Positions 17,341 to 26,124 of a DNA stretch of 32,938 nt are shown here, piece by piece. The position numbers and the translations under genes are program-made. The notes below the pieces were generated by a model, which was given only the letters and a program-made list of their open reading frames with translations, searched no databases and was not told the DNA's origin. Location: the sequence record DRR723986_8438; one strand, written 5' to 3'. Numbering within the stretch: position 1 is the first letter of the stretch; the number at the start of each line of letters is the position of its first letter.

Positions 17341-17365
17341 AAAAAAAGGGCACCCTAGGGCGCCC
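17341..17365 (-). terminator. Intrinsic terminator after the Leu/Gly/Pro-rich secreted protein gene
   Basis: Minus strand GGGCGCC-CTAG-GGTGCCC-TTTTTTT. Confidence 0.75.
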
Positions 17366-17411
17366 AAGTAGATGCTGGAGAAGCATTTGCCCCGTAACCC
17401 GGGGCGAGGTA

Positions 17412-18251
17412 TCACAGTGCCAGCGGCTGGCTGACCACTGGAATAGGGGGAAGTAATTCGATTTCGGCGCTTAAAATGGTGCCGCCGTCGCTGAAGTAGG
17501 TGGCCAGCGATGCGGGGTCATCTTTTATGGCACCCAGCAGGGGAACAACTGCAAACAGTGTGTCGGGACCAAGGCCTGAACCGATGGTCGTTAGCGACTG
17601 CGGGTCGGCAACAACACCTGTGATGAAGCCTTCAACGGCACCCACGGCCATTTCCACTTTTGCCAGCGTCGCGTAGTCAGCGAGTGCTGGAATATCGATA
17701 ATCGCGTCCAGTCCGGGAATACTCAGGTCACCGGTACCCACTGCTGCGATCTGCGCCAATGGCAGGAAGTCAGCGCCGGGCAGTCCGCCAGTGCCCAAAC
17801 CATTCAAGATACTCAGCACGGCATCCACACCCGGTAATTGCGGCGTTTCAGATGACAGCAGTGGCAGCGCGTCCAACAGGTCACTCAGCCCCGGAACATC
17901 GCCCGCACCAGCGCCGCCCATACCACCTATGCCCAACACGCCAACGAGGGGCAGTGAATCCAAGCCGGGTAGACCACCGCTACCAATATTGCCCAGTACA
18001 TCGGGGAGTGCTTCCAAGCCTGGCAGCGGCAACGCGTCTAAACCTGGCAAGCCTGCGCCAGACAGGCCATCCAGGCCCGCAGCGGGATTCGTCAATGCAT
18101 CGAGAGGCAGCGCGCCGATAATAGGTAGGCTGCCAAGGCTTGTAAGCAGACCACCAAGAACAGGAATTTGTGCCGCTTGGGCATGACTAAAGCTGGATGC
18201 CGCCAGCGAGACGCTTAGGGCAAGGCCATTTCTTAAACCGCGGAAAGACAT
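17412..18251 (-). CDS. Secreted hypothetical protein with repeated (L/I/V)PG(L/V/A)(D/E/S) motifs
   Basis: ATG with GGAG RBS, Sec-type signal peptide (SHA/AQA), its own terminator, and a candidate promoter. No recognised family. Confidence 0.8.
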   Translation of the reverse strand: MSFRGLRNGLALSVSLAASSFSHAQAAQIPVLGGLLTSLGSLPIIGALPLDALTNPAAGLDGLSGAGLPGLDALPLPGLEALPDVLGNIGSGGLPGLDSLPLVGVLGIGGMGGAGAGDVPGLSDLLDALPLLSSETPQLPGVDAVLSILNGLGTGGLPGADFLPLAQIAAVGTGDLSIPGLDAIIDIPALADYATLAKVEMAVGAVEGFITGVVADPQSLTTIGSGLGPDTLFAVVPLLGAIKDDPASLATYFSDGGTILSAEIELLPPIPVVSQPLAL

Positions 18252-18316
18252 GGTAAAGACTCCGTATTTATCATTTATTGCGAGACGTGTCGTTTCGAGT
18301 AACCATCAACGGCACG

Positions 18317-18362
18317 ATCCTACGCGCAAGCTCTGCAGCAAAATTTGAACTCGCTCACATTT
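18317..18362 (-). promoter_or_regulatory. CRP/Vfr-type site with class II promoter geometry
   Basis: AAATTTGAACTCGCTCACATTT (18341-18362) matches 18/22 of the E. coli CRP consensus AAATGTGATCTAGATCACATTT. Minus-strand -10 TAGGAT at 18322-18317 puts the site centre at -41.5. Confidence 0.65.
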
Positions 18363-18695
18363 GACAACATCGCCACATATTAAATGCGTTATAAATAAAC
18401 ACTCTGCTATCAGTGAGTTATTGCGGGCTACATTACTATGCACAACTACGAACAGTAATACGTAGATACCCGTATCTTAACAAGTGTTTACCTATATTTT
18501 GAAGCCTATCGCAATGAAACACACCCCCGACTTTGCGCCGTACCTGAGCGCGTTAGTGAGCGCTATTCCTGACCAAATTACACATTGAGATCGCCTTGCC
18601 ATAGACTGCATGGGCAAGCCCTTATTGACGGCTACCACGCTTTCAATTTGCGCCTTATAGCCGCACTTACTGCACCGAGTTCGAAGGACACAGCA

Positions 18696-19145
18696 ATGAC
18701 CGCATCACCGCTAAGCCAGCGCACGCACTACCGTTGGTTTACCCCAATCACCACCCGCTGGATGGACAACGACGTCTATGGTCACGCAAATAACGTGAAC
18801 TACTATTCGTGGTTCGACACAACCGCGAACCGTTATTTGATAGAGGCCTGTGGACTGGATATTCACCGCGGCGAGCAAATCGGATACATCGTTCACAGCG
18901 AGTGTTTCTACACCTCTGCTGTGGCGTTTCCAGACGAGCTGGAGGGCGCGCTGTGCGTCAACAAACTGGGCAATAGTTCAGTAGAGTACGGCGTAGCGAT
19001 TTTCCGGCGGGGAGAAACCACCGCCGCCGCACACGGCCGCTTTACCCATGTGTTTGTCAATCGACAAAGCGAACGCCCCATGCCGATGGCCCCAGCGCTT
19101 AGGCAGGGCCTGGAAAAAATTCAACGTGAGGCCGAACCATCGTGA
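18696..19145 (+). CDS. Acyl-CoA thioesterase (4HBT/hotdog fold)
   Basis: TRWMDNDVYGHANNVNYYSWFD, LGNSSVEY, FTHVFV; ATG at 18696 after AAGGA. Confidence 0.9.
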   Translation: MTASPLSQRTHYRWFTPITTRWMDNDVYGHANNVNYYSWFDTTANRYLIEACGLDIHRGEQIGYIVHSECFYTSAVAFPDELEGALCVNKLGNSSVEYGVAIFRRGETTAAAHGRFTHVFVNRQSERPMPMAPALRQGLEKIQREAEPS

Positions 19146-19780
19146 CTACCACCGCATTTCGTCAATGCCGGCCTGGCGATAGGGAAAAAGCCCTACCGCT
19201 TATCATCAGCTCCGGCCCGGAAGCCTTCCACTACGTGTTCTGCGACCGCCAAAGCGAGCAACTTACGTCGTTTCTAGAACGCGCCTTCGTCGCCAAAGGC
19301 AACGAATTCAGCCACGATCAACACCTCGCGCTTATCGACAGCGACCAGCTGGTGGCCGTGGGCGCACTGCGCTACGCAGAACAAACCAATCGTTTCACCC
19401 TAGCCGCGATGCGTCTGATTTTCGCCCACTATTCACCACTGGCTGCACTGCGCACAGCCTGGCGCGGCCTGCGCACCGAGTCGGTTATCAAGCCGCCGGG
19501 TAAAGGTGTCGCCTTTATCTATCAGCTTGCCGTGTGTCCCGAACAACGAAGCCGGGGCTTTGGGCGGCAAATGATTGCCGAGCTGCTATCCCGCGCCAGG
19601 CAGCAAGGCTACCGGCGCGCAGGCCTCAATGTGTCGGTGGAAAACCCCCGCGCCCAAGCCCTGTATGAACAACTCGGGTTTCGCGTTCAACGAGAATACA
19701 GCGGCGAGCTGCGCAGCCCCTACGGCTACGTACCGGGCCAGCGTTACATGGAGTGTGAACTTCACGCCACCAATCAATAA
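19142..19780 (+). CDS. GNAT-family N-acetyltransferase
   Basis: LAVCPEQRSRGFG (motif A) and NPRAQALYEQLGF; GTGA overlap with the thioesterase stop. Confidence 0.88.
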   Translation: MTTTAFRQCRPGDREKALPLIISSGPEAFHYVFCDRQSEQLTSFLERAFVAKGNEFSHDQHLALIDSDQLVAVGALRYAEQTNRFTLAAMRLIFAHYSPLAALRTAWRGLRTESVIKPPGKGVAFIYQLAVCPEQRSRGFGRQMIAELLSRARQQGYRRAGLNVSVENPRAQALYEQLGFRVQREYSGELRSPYGYVPGQRYMECELHATNQ

Positions 19781-19792
19781 AGGAGAGCAAGT

Positions 19793-21298
19793 ATGCAGTT
19801 GCAGCGCCCCGATCTGCTTCGCGACAACAACTACATTAACGGCCAATGGCAGGCTGCCGCCAGCGGCCGGCGCTTTCCCGTAGAGAACCCCGCCAATGGC
19901 GAGAAACTGACAGAGGTTGCCGATGGCGGCACCGCCGACATGGACGCCGCCATCACGGCAGCCGACGCCGCACAAGCCGCCTGGCAAAGCGAAACACCCA
20001 AAGCCCGCGCGCAGATTCTGCAGCGCTGGTATCAGTTGATCATTGAACACCGCAGCGATCTCGCGGCGATTCTCACCGCCGAACAGGGCAAAGTACTCGC
20101 CGAGGCGGATGCTGAAATTGGCTACGGCGCCAACTATGTTGAATGGTTTTCTGAAGAGGCCAAGCGCATCGATGGCGACATTCTCGCAGCCCCGTCGCGC
20201 GACAAACGGCTACTGGTCATCAAACAGGCTATTGGTGTGGTTGCGGCGATTACGCCGTGGAATTTCCCCAACGCCATGATCACTCGCAAGGCAGCGCCGG
20301 CATTGGCGGCGGGTTGCTGCATTGTGATCAAGCCCGCCCATGAAACACCGCTCAGTGCCCTTGCCTTAGCGGCGCTGGCCGACGAGGCCGGCTTCCCTGC
20401 CGGGGTGTTTAATGTGGTCTGCGGCACACAGGCCAGCGACATCGGCAGCGTGATGACAAGCAGCCCATTGGTGCGCAAGCTCAGCTTCACCGGATCGACC
20501 CGCGTCGGCAAAATTCTGATGGAACAGTGCGCCGCGACGGTTAAAAAAACGTCCATGGAGTTGGGTGGCAATGCGCCATTTATCGTATTTGACGACGCCG
20601 ATATCGACGCCGCCGTCGCCGGCGCTCTGGCGTCTAAGTACCGCAATGCAGGCCAAACGTGTATCTGTAGCAATCGCATTCTCGTGCAGGATGGCATCTA
20701 CGATGCCTTTGCCGCGCGCTTTGCCGCCGAAGTCCAACAATTCCGGCTCGGCGATGGCCGCGATAGCGATGCCACAATGGGGCCCCTCATCACCCGCCAG
20801 GCTTGCGACAAGGTCACCGCGCTGGTCGACGATGCGCTGTCGAAAGGCGCATCAGCCATTACCGGCGGACGACGAGCCAGTATTGGCGAGCATTTTTTTG
20901 AACCGACTGTGCTGCGCGATGCCACGCCAGCCATGCGGGTATTTCAGGAAGAAATTTTTGGCCCGGTGGCCCCCTTGTTCCGCTTCGAGAATGAACAACA
21001 GGCGATCGCGCTGGCCAATGACACTAACTACGGGCTCGCCGCCTACTTTTACACCCAGAATTTAAACCGCGTCTGGCGGGTGGCAGAGGCCCTTGAGTAC
21101 GGCATTATCGGCATTAACGAAGGCGTCACGTCGAGTGAAATGGCGCCTTTCGGCGGTATGAAGGAATCGGGGATCGGTCGCGAAGGCTCGAAATACGGCA
21201 TCGACGACTACGTTGAGCTGAAGTACCTGTGTCTGGGTGGCCTGGACAACCAGCGGCAATCTTCAGGCAAAAAAAAGCCCCCAAAAGGGGGCTCTTAG
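19793..21298 (+). CDS. gabD: NAD(P)-dependent succinate-semialdehyde dehydrogenase
   Basis: ITPWNFP, SFTGST, MELGGNAP, RNAGQTC, EEIFGP, PFGGMKESGIGREGSKYG; AGGAG RBS. Confidence 0.9.
   Translation: MQLQRPDLLRDNNYINGQWQAAASGRRFPVENPANGEKLTEVADGGTADMDAAITAADAAQAAWQSETPKARAQILQRWYQLIIEHRSDLAAILTAEQGKVLAEADAEIGYGANYVEWFSEEAKRIDGDILAAPSRDKRLLVIKQAIGVVAAITPWNFPNAMITRKAAPALAAGCCIVIKPAHETPLSALALAALADEAGFPAGVFNVVCGTQASDIGSVMTSSPLVRKLSFTGSTRVGKILMEQCAATVKKTSMELGGNAPFIVFDDADIDAAVAGALASKYRNAGQTCICSNRILVQDGIYDAFAARFAAEVQQFRLGDGRDSDATMGPLITRQACDKVTALVDDALSKGASAITGGRRASIGEHFFEPTVLRDATPAMRVFQEEIFGPVAPLFRFENEQQAIALANDTNYGLAAYFYTQNLNRVWRVAEALEYGIIGINEGVTSSEMAPFGGMKESGIGREGSKYGIDDYVELKYLCLGGLDNQRQSSGKKKPPKGGS
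21269..21293 (-). terminator. Intrinsic terminator for the P450 gene, lying inside the 3' end of the gabD ORF
   Basis: Minus strand AGCCCCC-TTTT-GGGGGCT-TTTTTTT, about 20 nt after the P450 stop. Confidence 0.8.
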
Positions 21299-21312
21299 CA
21301 CGGCCGCTACCC

Positions 21313-22560
21313 TTAGACTTCTGGGTCAAAAGTAATCGGCATGGCTTTAATGGTGTTGATGAAGAACGAGCGCATGTAGGTAACATCGCCGGCAAACTTG
21401 GGGTTACGCAAGCGTGGAATCAGCTCTTCAAAAATAATATTCAGCTCCATGCGCGCCAGGTTCATACCCAGGCAGAAATGCTCGCCGATACCAAAAGAAC
21501 GGATCTCGCGGCGCATATTCGGCAGGCGCTTAGCGCGGTGAATATCGAACTTCATGGCATCGTCACCGTAGGCGTCTTCGTCGTGGTTGACTGCATGGTA
21601 GTGCAGCACAACTTTGTCGCCTTTTTTGATGTTGTGGCCATTCCATTCGATGTCCTGAGTGGCGGTGCGGCGCATCGCGATGAACGCGGTGTTGTAGCGC
21701 AGCATTTCCTCGACCGCATCGGGGATGTCTTCAGGGTGATCCACCAGGTGTTGCAGCTGCTCGGGGTGCTCGATCAGCAGGCGCATACCGTGAGCGGTTG
21801 CAGTACGAGTACTCTCGTTACCACCCACCATAATCAGGATGAACATCCAGGCGAACATTTCCTCGTCGACTTTTTTGCCGTCAACTTCACCATTCAGCAA
21901 GGCTTCAACCACGGGGCTGGTGGGGTTTTCGCGCTGTTTGGCAGCCAGTTCAGCAGCGTAGGCAATAACCTCAAAGCTGACCGCGTTGGCTTCATCGCGG
22001 CTGGTCGCCAAGTCAGGGTCATCGGCGAAGGCCATGATGTTAGTCCAATCGAAGAACTGCTTGCGGTCTTCCTGGGGCACGCCCAGCAGCTCCAGAATTG
22101 CCATCAAGGGCAGCTCGGCAGCCACATCTTCAACAAACTCACACTCGCCTTTCTTGGCAACACGGTCAATGATTGAGCGCGCACCTTTGCGCAGCCACTC
22201 TTCCATATTTGCCACTGCGCGCGGCGTGAAAGCATCGCGAACAATTTTGCGGTACTTCATGTGCTTGGGCGGATCCATAGCGATAATGATGTTTTCGTGC
22301 ATCACCGCTTGAATCTCTTCCTCACCTTCGGGCACTTCCATCGGGAAGGGGCCTTCAACGTTAGATGAGAATAAATCCGGGTTTTGCGAGACGAAATCCA
22401 GCGCATCACGCTTTACAACGGCCCAGTACGGCACGCCATTTTCGGGGTCATCCATGTACACCATTGAACCGGCTTGGCGGATCTTCGCCAGCTCTTCATA
22501 GGGCATACCGTTTACGTAAGTATCCAGACTGAGCAGGTTGGTAAAGGGACACTGGCTCAT
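21313..22560 (-). CDS. Cytochrome P450 (resembles the CYP124/125/142-type lipid/steroid side-chain oxidase group)
   Basis: MDPPKH, I-helix VGGNESTR, EMLR, heme motif FGIGEHFCLG; ATG at 22560 after GAGGA. P450 identity is clear; the subfamily is uncertain. Confidence 0.92.
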   Translation of the reverse strand: MSQCPFTNLLSLDTYVNGMPYEELAKIRQAGSMVYMDDPENGVPYWAVVKRDALDFVSQNPDLFSSNVEGPFPMEVPEGEEEIQAVMHENIIIAMDPPKHMKYRKIVRDAFTPRAVANMEEWLRKGARSIIDRVAKKGECEFVEDVAAELPLMAILELLGVPQEDRKQFFDWTNIMAFADDPDLATSRDEANAVSFEVIAYAAELAAKQRENPTSPVVEALLNGEVDGKKVDEEMFAWMFILIMVGGNESTRTATAHGMRLLIEHPEQLQHLVDHPEDIPDAVEEMLRYNTAFIAMRRTATQDIEWNGHNIKKGDKVVLHYHAVNHDEDAYGDDAMKFDIHRAKRLPNMRREIRSFGIGEHFCLGMNLARMELNIIFEELIPRLRNPKFAGDVTYMRSFFINTIKAMPITFDPEV

Positions 22561-22637
22561 AATTGTTTTCCTCAATTACGCCCGGCACGAGGGCTTTTTT
22601 CGATTATTTACCGCGTGACGACCCGGGAACGTGGTCA

Positions 22638-22689
22638 TCATTAACCCCAAAAGTAACAGGTCATTAACCAAATTTCGAGTTCATAAACG
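22638..22689. promoter_or_regulatory. Three spaced direct repeats in the P450/rlmI divergent region
   Basis: TCATTAACC (22638), TCATTAACC (22661), TCATAAACG (22681). Confidence 0.35.
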
Positions 22690-22794
22690 GTCAGGCAAAT
22701 AACTTTATCGGCAACATTAAGATAGCCCGCTTTTATAGCACCAGCGAACAGAATCCCCGATAATGCTGCCTTTCGCCAACACCGAGACAGCACA

Positions 22795-23985
22795 ATGACC
22801 CTGCCTACCCTGCGCCTTGCCAAAAATGAAGAACGTCGACTGCGCGGCGGCCATCTGTGGATCTATAGCAATGAGGTCGACAAACAGGCCAGCCCACTGA
22901 AGAGTTTCCAGGCCGGGGAGCAAGTGGTTGTCGAGTCATCCCAGGGCAAAACACTGGGCGTGGCGTATATCAACCCGCAGTCGCTGATCTGCGCGCGGCT
23001 GCTCAGCGGCGGTCAGCAGCCCTTTGGCCAGGCAATGATTGAACAGCGTATCGCCCAGGCATTGGCACTGCGTGAGCAACTCTTTTCATCGCCCTGCTAC
23101 CGGCTTGTCTACGGTGAAAGTGACCTATTGCCGGGCTTGGTCGTGGACCGTTTCGGCGACCACCTCTCGGTACAGTTTAATACCGCGGGCATGGAAGCCC
23201 TGCGCGAGCCGGTGCTGAAAGCGCTGGATAAACTGCTGTCTCCGGCGTCAATTTTGCTGCGCAACGACGCCTCGGTGCGCACGCTCGAGGGCCTGCCCAG
23301 CGAAGTGGTCTGCGTCCACGGTGAGTCGCCGGAAGACGTTGAATTAACGGAGAACGGCGTGCGTTTCCTGGCGCCGCTGAGCAGCGGCCAAAAGACCGGC
23401 TGGTTCTACGACCAGCGCCCCAATCGGGCCTGGTTACGCGACATCGTTAAAGATAAGCGGGTACTGGACGTCTTCAGTTATGTGGGCAGTTTTGGTGTGC
23501 AAGCCGGCGTTTTTGGCGCTCGCGAGGTCTGGTGCAACGACGCCTCCGAGCTCGCTCTGGAAAAAGCCCACGAGAACGCCGCGCTAAACGGCATTGGCGA
23601 GCGCTTTAACACGCTTCAGGGCGATGCCTTTGCGGCGCTCAAACAGCTCAAGGAAGACGGCCAACGTTTCGATGTCATCATCGTCGACCCACCCGCGTTT
23701 ATTAAACGCAAGAAAGACCAAAAAGAGGGCATTCTGGCGTATCGGCGCATCAACGAACAGGCCATGCGCTTACTCGAACCCGGCGGCTATCTGCTATCGG
23801 CCTCCTGTTCCATGCACATGCCTCGCGAATCACTACTGGATATTGTGCGGGCCGCCTCACGCCATATTGACCGCCACGCTCAAATACTGGCCGAAGGTAT
23901 GCAGGGCGCCGACCACCCCGTACACCCGGCGATCCCCGAGACCCGCTACCTGAAGGCCGTACTGAGCCGGATCTGCCGCAGTTAA
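22795..23985 (+). CDS. rlmI: RlmI-type SAM-dependent 23S rRNA m5C methyltransferase
   Basis: PUA-like GHLWIYSNE, RLVYGESDLLPGLVVDRF, GQKTGWFYDQR, VLDVFSYVGSFG, DPPAF, SCS, ETRYLK. Confidence 0.85.
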   Translation: MTLPTLRLAKNEERRLRGGHLWIYSNEVDKQASPLKSFQAGEQVVVESSQGKTLGVAYINPQSLICARLLSGGQQPFGQAMIEQRIAQALALREQLFSSPCYRLVYGESDLLPGLVVDRFGDHLSVQFNTAGMEALREPVLKALDKLLSPASILLRNDASVRTLEGLPSEVVCVHGESPEDVELTENGVRFLAPLSSGQKTGWFYDQRPNRAWLRDIVKDKRVLDVFSYVGSFGVQAGVFGAREVWCNDASELALEKAHENAALNGIGERFNTLQGDAFAALKQLKEDGQRFDVIIVDPPAFIKRKKDQKEGILAYRRINEQAMRLLEPGGYLLSASCSMHMPRESLLDIVRAASRHIDRHAQILAEGMQGADHPVHPAIPETRYLKAVLSRICRS

Positions 23986-23997
23986 CCCTTTCGTTCT

Positions 23998-25038
23998 CTA
24001 GGGGGCGGGATTTGGCTGGGCAGTGTGAATGGCCTCGATACCTTCCATTAGCGCATCGCTGAGCACGAGCTCGGCGCTGTCGATATTGCTTTTTAGCTGC
24101 GCCATTGAGGTTGCGCCGATAATATTGCTGGTGACGAAAGGCTGATTGGTTACGAATGCCAGCGCCATCTGCGCAAAGTCTATACCGTGTTCCTCCGCTA
24201 ACAGGGCGTAGCGCTCTGTCGCCACGGCAGCCTGAGGATTGTTGTAACGCTGAAAACGCTCGAAAAGCGTAATGCGGGCATTCTCGGGCCGCTGCCCATG
24301 ACGGTATTTGCCACTGAGCATGCCGAAGGCCAGCGGTGAATACGCCAGCAGCCCCACATTTTCACGCAGGGCAATTTCGGCCAGCCCCACTTCAAAACTG
24401 CGATTCAACAGGTTGTAGGGGTTCTGAATACTCACCACCCTCGGCAGGGCATAGCGCTCGGCCAGGCGCAGGAAATTCAATACGCCCCAGGGGGTTTCAT
24501 TGCTCAGCCCCACCGTTTTTACCTGCCCGCTGGCCACCAACTCGCTGAGGGTTTTCAGTAATTCATGCTGATTCGCTTCGACGTCGGCGTTATCGCTGCT
24601 GTGGCGGTAGCCCAACTTGCCAAAAAAATTGGTGTCGCGGTTTGGCCAGTGAATCTGATAGAGATCGAGGTAATCGGTTTGCAGGCGCTGAAGGCTGCTT
24701 TCGAAGGCCTTGAGCAGGGCGTCGCGATCCAGCCCGCGGCCGCCGCGAATATGTGCATTGCCGGGGCCGGTGGCTTTACTGGCAAGCACCAGTTGGTCGC
24801 GACCTCCGCGCTCACTCAGCCAGCGACCGATGTACTCCTCCGTGCGCCCCTGTGTTTCCGCCCTGGGCGGCACTGGATACATTTCAGCGGTGTCGAAAAA
24901 ATTGATCCCACGCGAGCGAGCATAATCCATTTGCTCGAAGGCCTCGTCACAGGTGTTTTGCTCGCCCCAGGTCATTGTGCCCAGGCAGAGCTCACTGACC
25001 TCGATAGTGGAATTTCCCAGGGGACGCATTTTCATCAA
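23998..25038 (-). CDS. tas: NADP(H)-dependent aldo-keto reductase Tas
   Basis: LGTMTWGEQN, DTAEMYPVPP, LQTDYLDLYQIHWP, GLSNETPWG, LLAYSPLAFG; 346 aa ending NPAP; AAGGAG RBS. Confidence 0.88.
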   Translation of the reverse strand: MMKMRPLGNSTIEVSELCLGTMTWGEQNTCDEAFEQMDYARSRGINFFDTAEMYPVPPRAETQGRTEEYIGRWLSERGGRDQLVLASKATGPGNAHIRGGRGLDRDALLKAFESSLQRLQTDYLDLYQIHWPNRDTNFFGKLGYRHSSDNADVEANQHELLKTLSELVASGQVKTVGLSNETPWGVLNFLRLAERYALPRVVSIQNPYNLLNRSFEVGLAEIALRENVGLLAYSPLAFGMLSGKYRHGQRPENARITLFERFQRYNNPQAAVATERYALLAEEHGIDFAQMALAFVTNQPFVTSNIIGATSMAQLKSNIDSAELVLSDALMEGIEAIHTAQPNPAP

Positions 25039-25068
25039 ACACTCCTTTTGTATTTTTGCGCGAATAAT

Positions 25069-26112
25069 TCAGCAACAGGGCAAGGCGCCGTCATCATCAG
25101 CCGTACTGAAGGGCAGCGACACGCCGCAGCCTTCAAAGATGCCGTAGTGGCGGCTAAAGTCGCCCAAAAAATCAAAGTGCTCGGCAAAACGGCTGTCGGC
25201 CAGCATTCGCCAGGTATTGCCACACACCGGAAACACCCGACCCACTTCAATAATATGGTGCTTGTCGAGGACAAAGTTCACCGGCGTTTCACGAATGCTG
25301 CCACGGTAGCGAACCGCCTGGCCGTAATCTTCACAGTCGCTTTCCAAATTATCGAGATTGAACAAACGATAGGTCGCCGAGAAAAACTCCACGCCTGCCG
25401 TTTTTGCTGCAACAGCCGGGTCGGTCATTTCCAAGGGGCGGTCTTCGACTAACCGCGGGTCGGTAAAGCCCTGCCCCTTGGCGAGTTGCACAAAGTCGTT
25501 CCAGTACAGGGCGCCGCCCAAACACTCGCCGTAGAGCAATGGATCATCGCGCATTGCCTCGGGAACACGCCGATTGGCGTAAACATCTGAAAAATAGAAT
25601 TCGCCGCCGGGCTTCAGCAGCCGCTTCACCCCCGCTAACACCGCGGCTTTATCGGGTGATAAATTAATCACGCAATTGGATACCACCACGTCGAAGCTGG
25701 CTGGCTCCAGGTCCAATTCGTCCAGGCGCTCAATATAGCCCTGGATAAAGCGCACATTATCAAAGCCGAATTGTTCAGCGTGCCAGGCCTGGGTATCGCG
25801 CGCGACCGCTAACTGCTCGTCGGTCATATCCACCCCGACCACCTCGCCCTCCGCCCCCACCATTTGCGCCAGGGCGTAGACATCGCGGCCGCTGCCGCAG
25901 CCCAGATCAAGCACGCGCCGCCCCCGCAGCTCCGTGGGACACACCAGCCCACAACCGTAGTAGCGCGACAACACCTCGGGATGCAGCTTGGCCAACAGCG
26001 GCTTGAGCCACTCGGGCATGGCACTGGCATCGCAGCAGGCGCTGGTCTTTAAGTCGTCGGAGCTCTGCAGCTGCTTGCCGTAATAATCTTTAACAATATC
26101 GTGACTGCTCAT
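25069..26112 (-). CDS. arsM: Arsenite S-adenosylmethyltransferase (ArsM/AS3MT-like)
   Basis: YYGKQLQSSDDLKTSACC, YYGCG, VLDLGCGSGRD, GVDMTDEQL, SNCVINL, YGECLGGALYW, C-terminal CC. Confidence 0.85.
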   Translation of the reverse strand: MSSHDIVKDYYGKQLQSSDDLKTSACCDASAMPEWLKPLLAKLHPEVLSRYYGCGLVCPTELRGRRVLDLGCGSGRDVYALAQMVGAEGEVVGVDMTDEQLAVARDTQAWHAEQFGFDNVRFIQGYIERLDELDLEPASFDVVVSNCVINLSPDKAAVLAGVKRLLKPGGEFYFSDVYANRRVPEAMRDDPLLYGECLGGALYWNDFVQLAKGQGFTDPRLVEDRPLEMTDPAVAAKTAGVEFFSATYRLFNLDNLESDCEDYGQAVRYRGSIRETPVNFVLDKHHIIEVGRVFPVCGNTWRMLADSRFAEHFDFLGDFSRHYGIFEGCGVSLPFSTADDDGALPCC

Positions 26113-26124
26113 CGTGTCATTTCC

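Noticed and set aside
21229-22176. 315-aa plus-strand ORF
   Set aside because: Antisense to the P450, with no recognisable motifs; explained by codon bias on the coding strand.
22580-22600. Plus-strand hairpin GCCC-N7-GGGC-TTTTTT upstream of the P450
   Set aside because: Only a 4-bp stem, and no plus-strand gene ends here.
24565-25452. 295-aa plus-strand ORF across tas/arsM, and similar ORFs at 26401..27015, 28213..28827 and 10694..11311
   Set aside because: Antisense shadows of well-supported genes, with no motifs.
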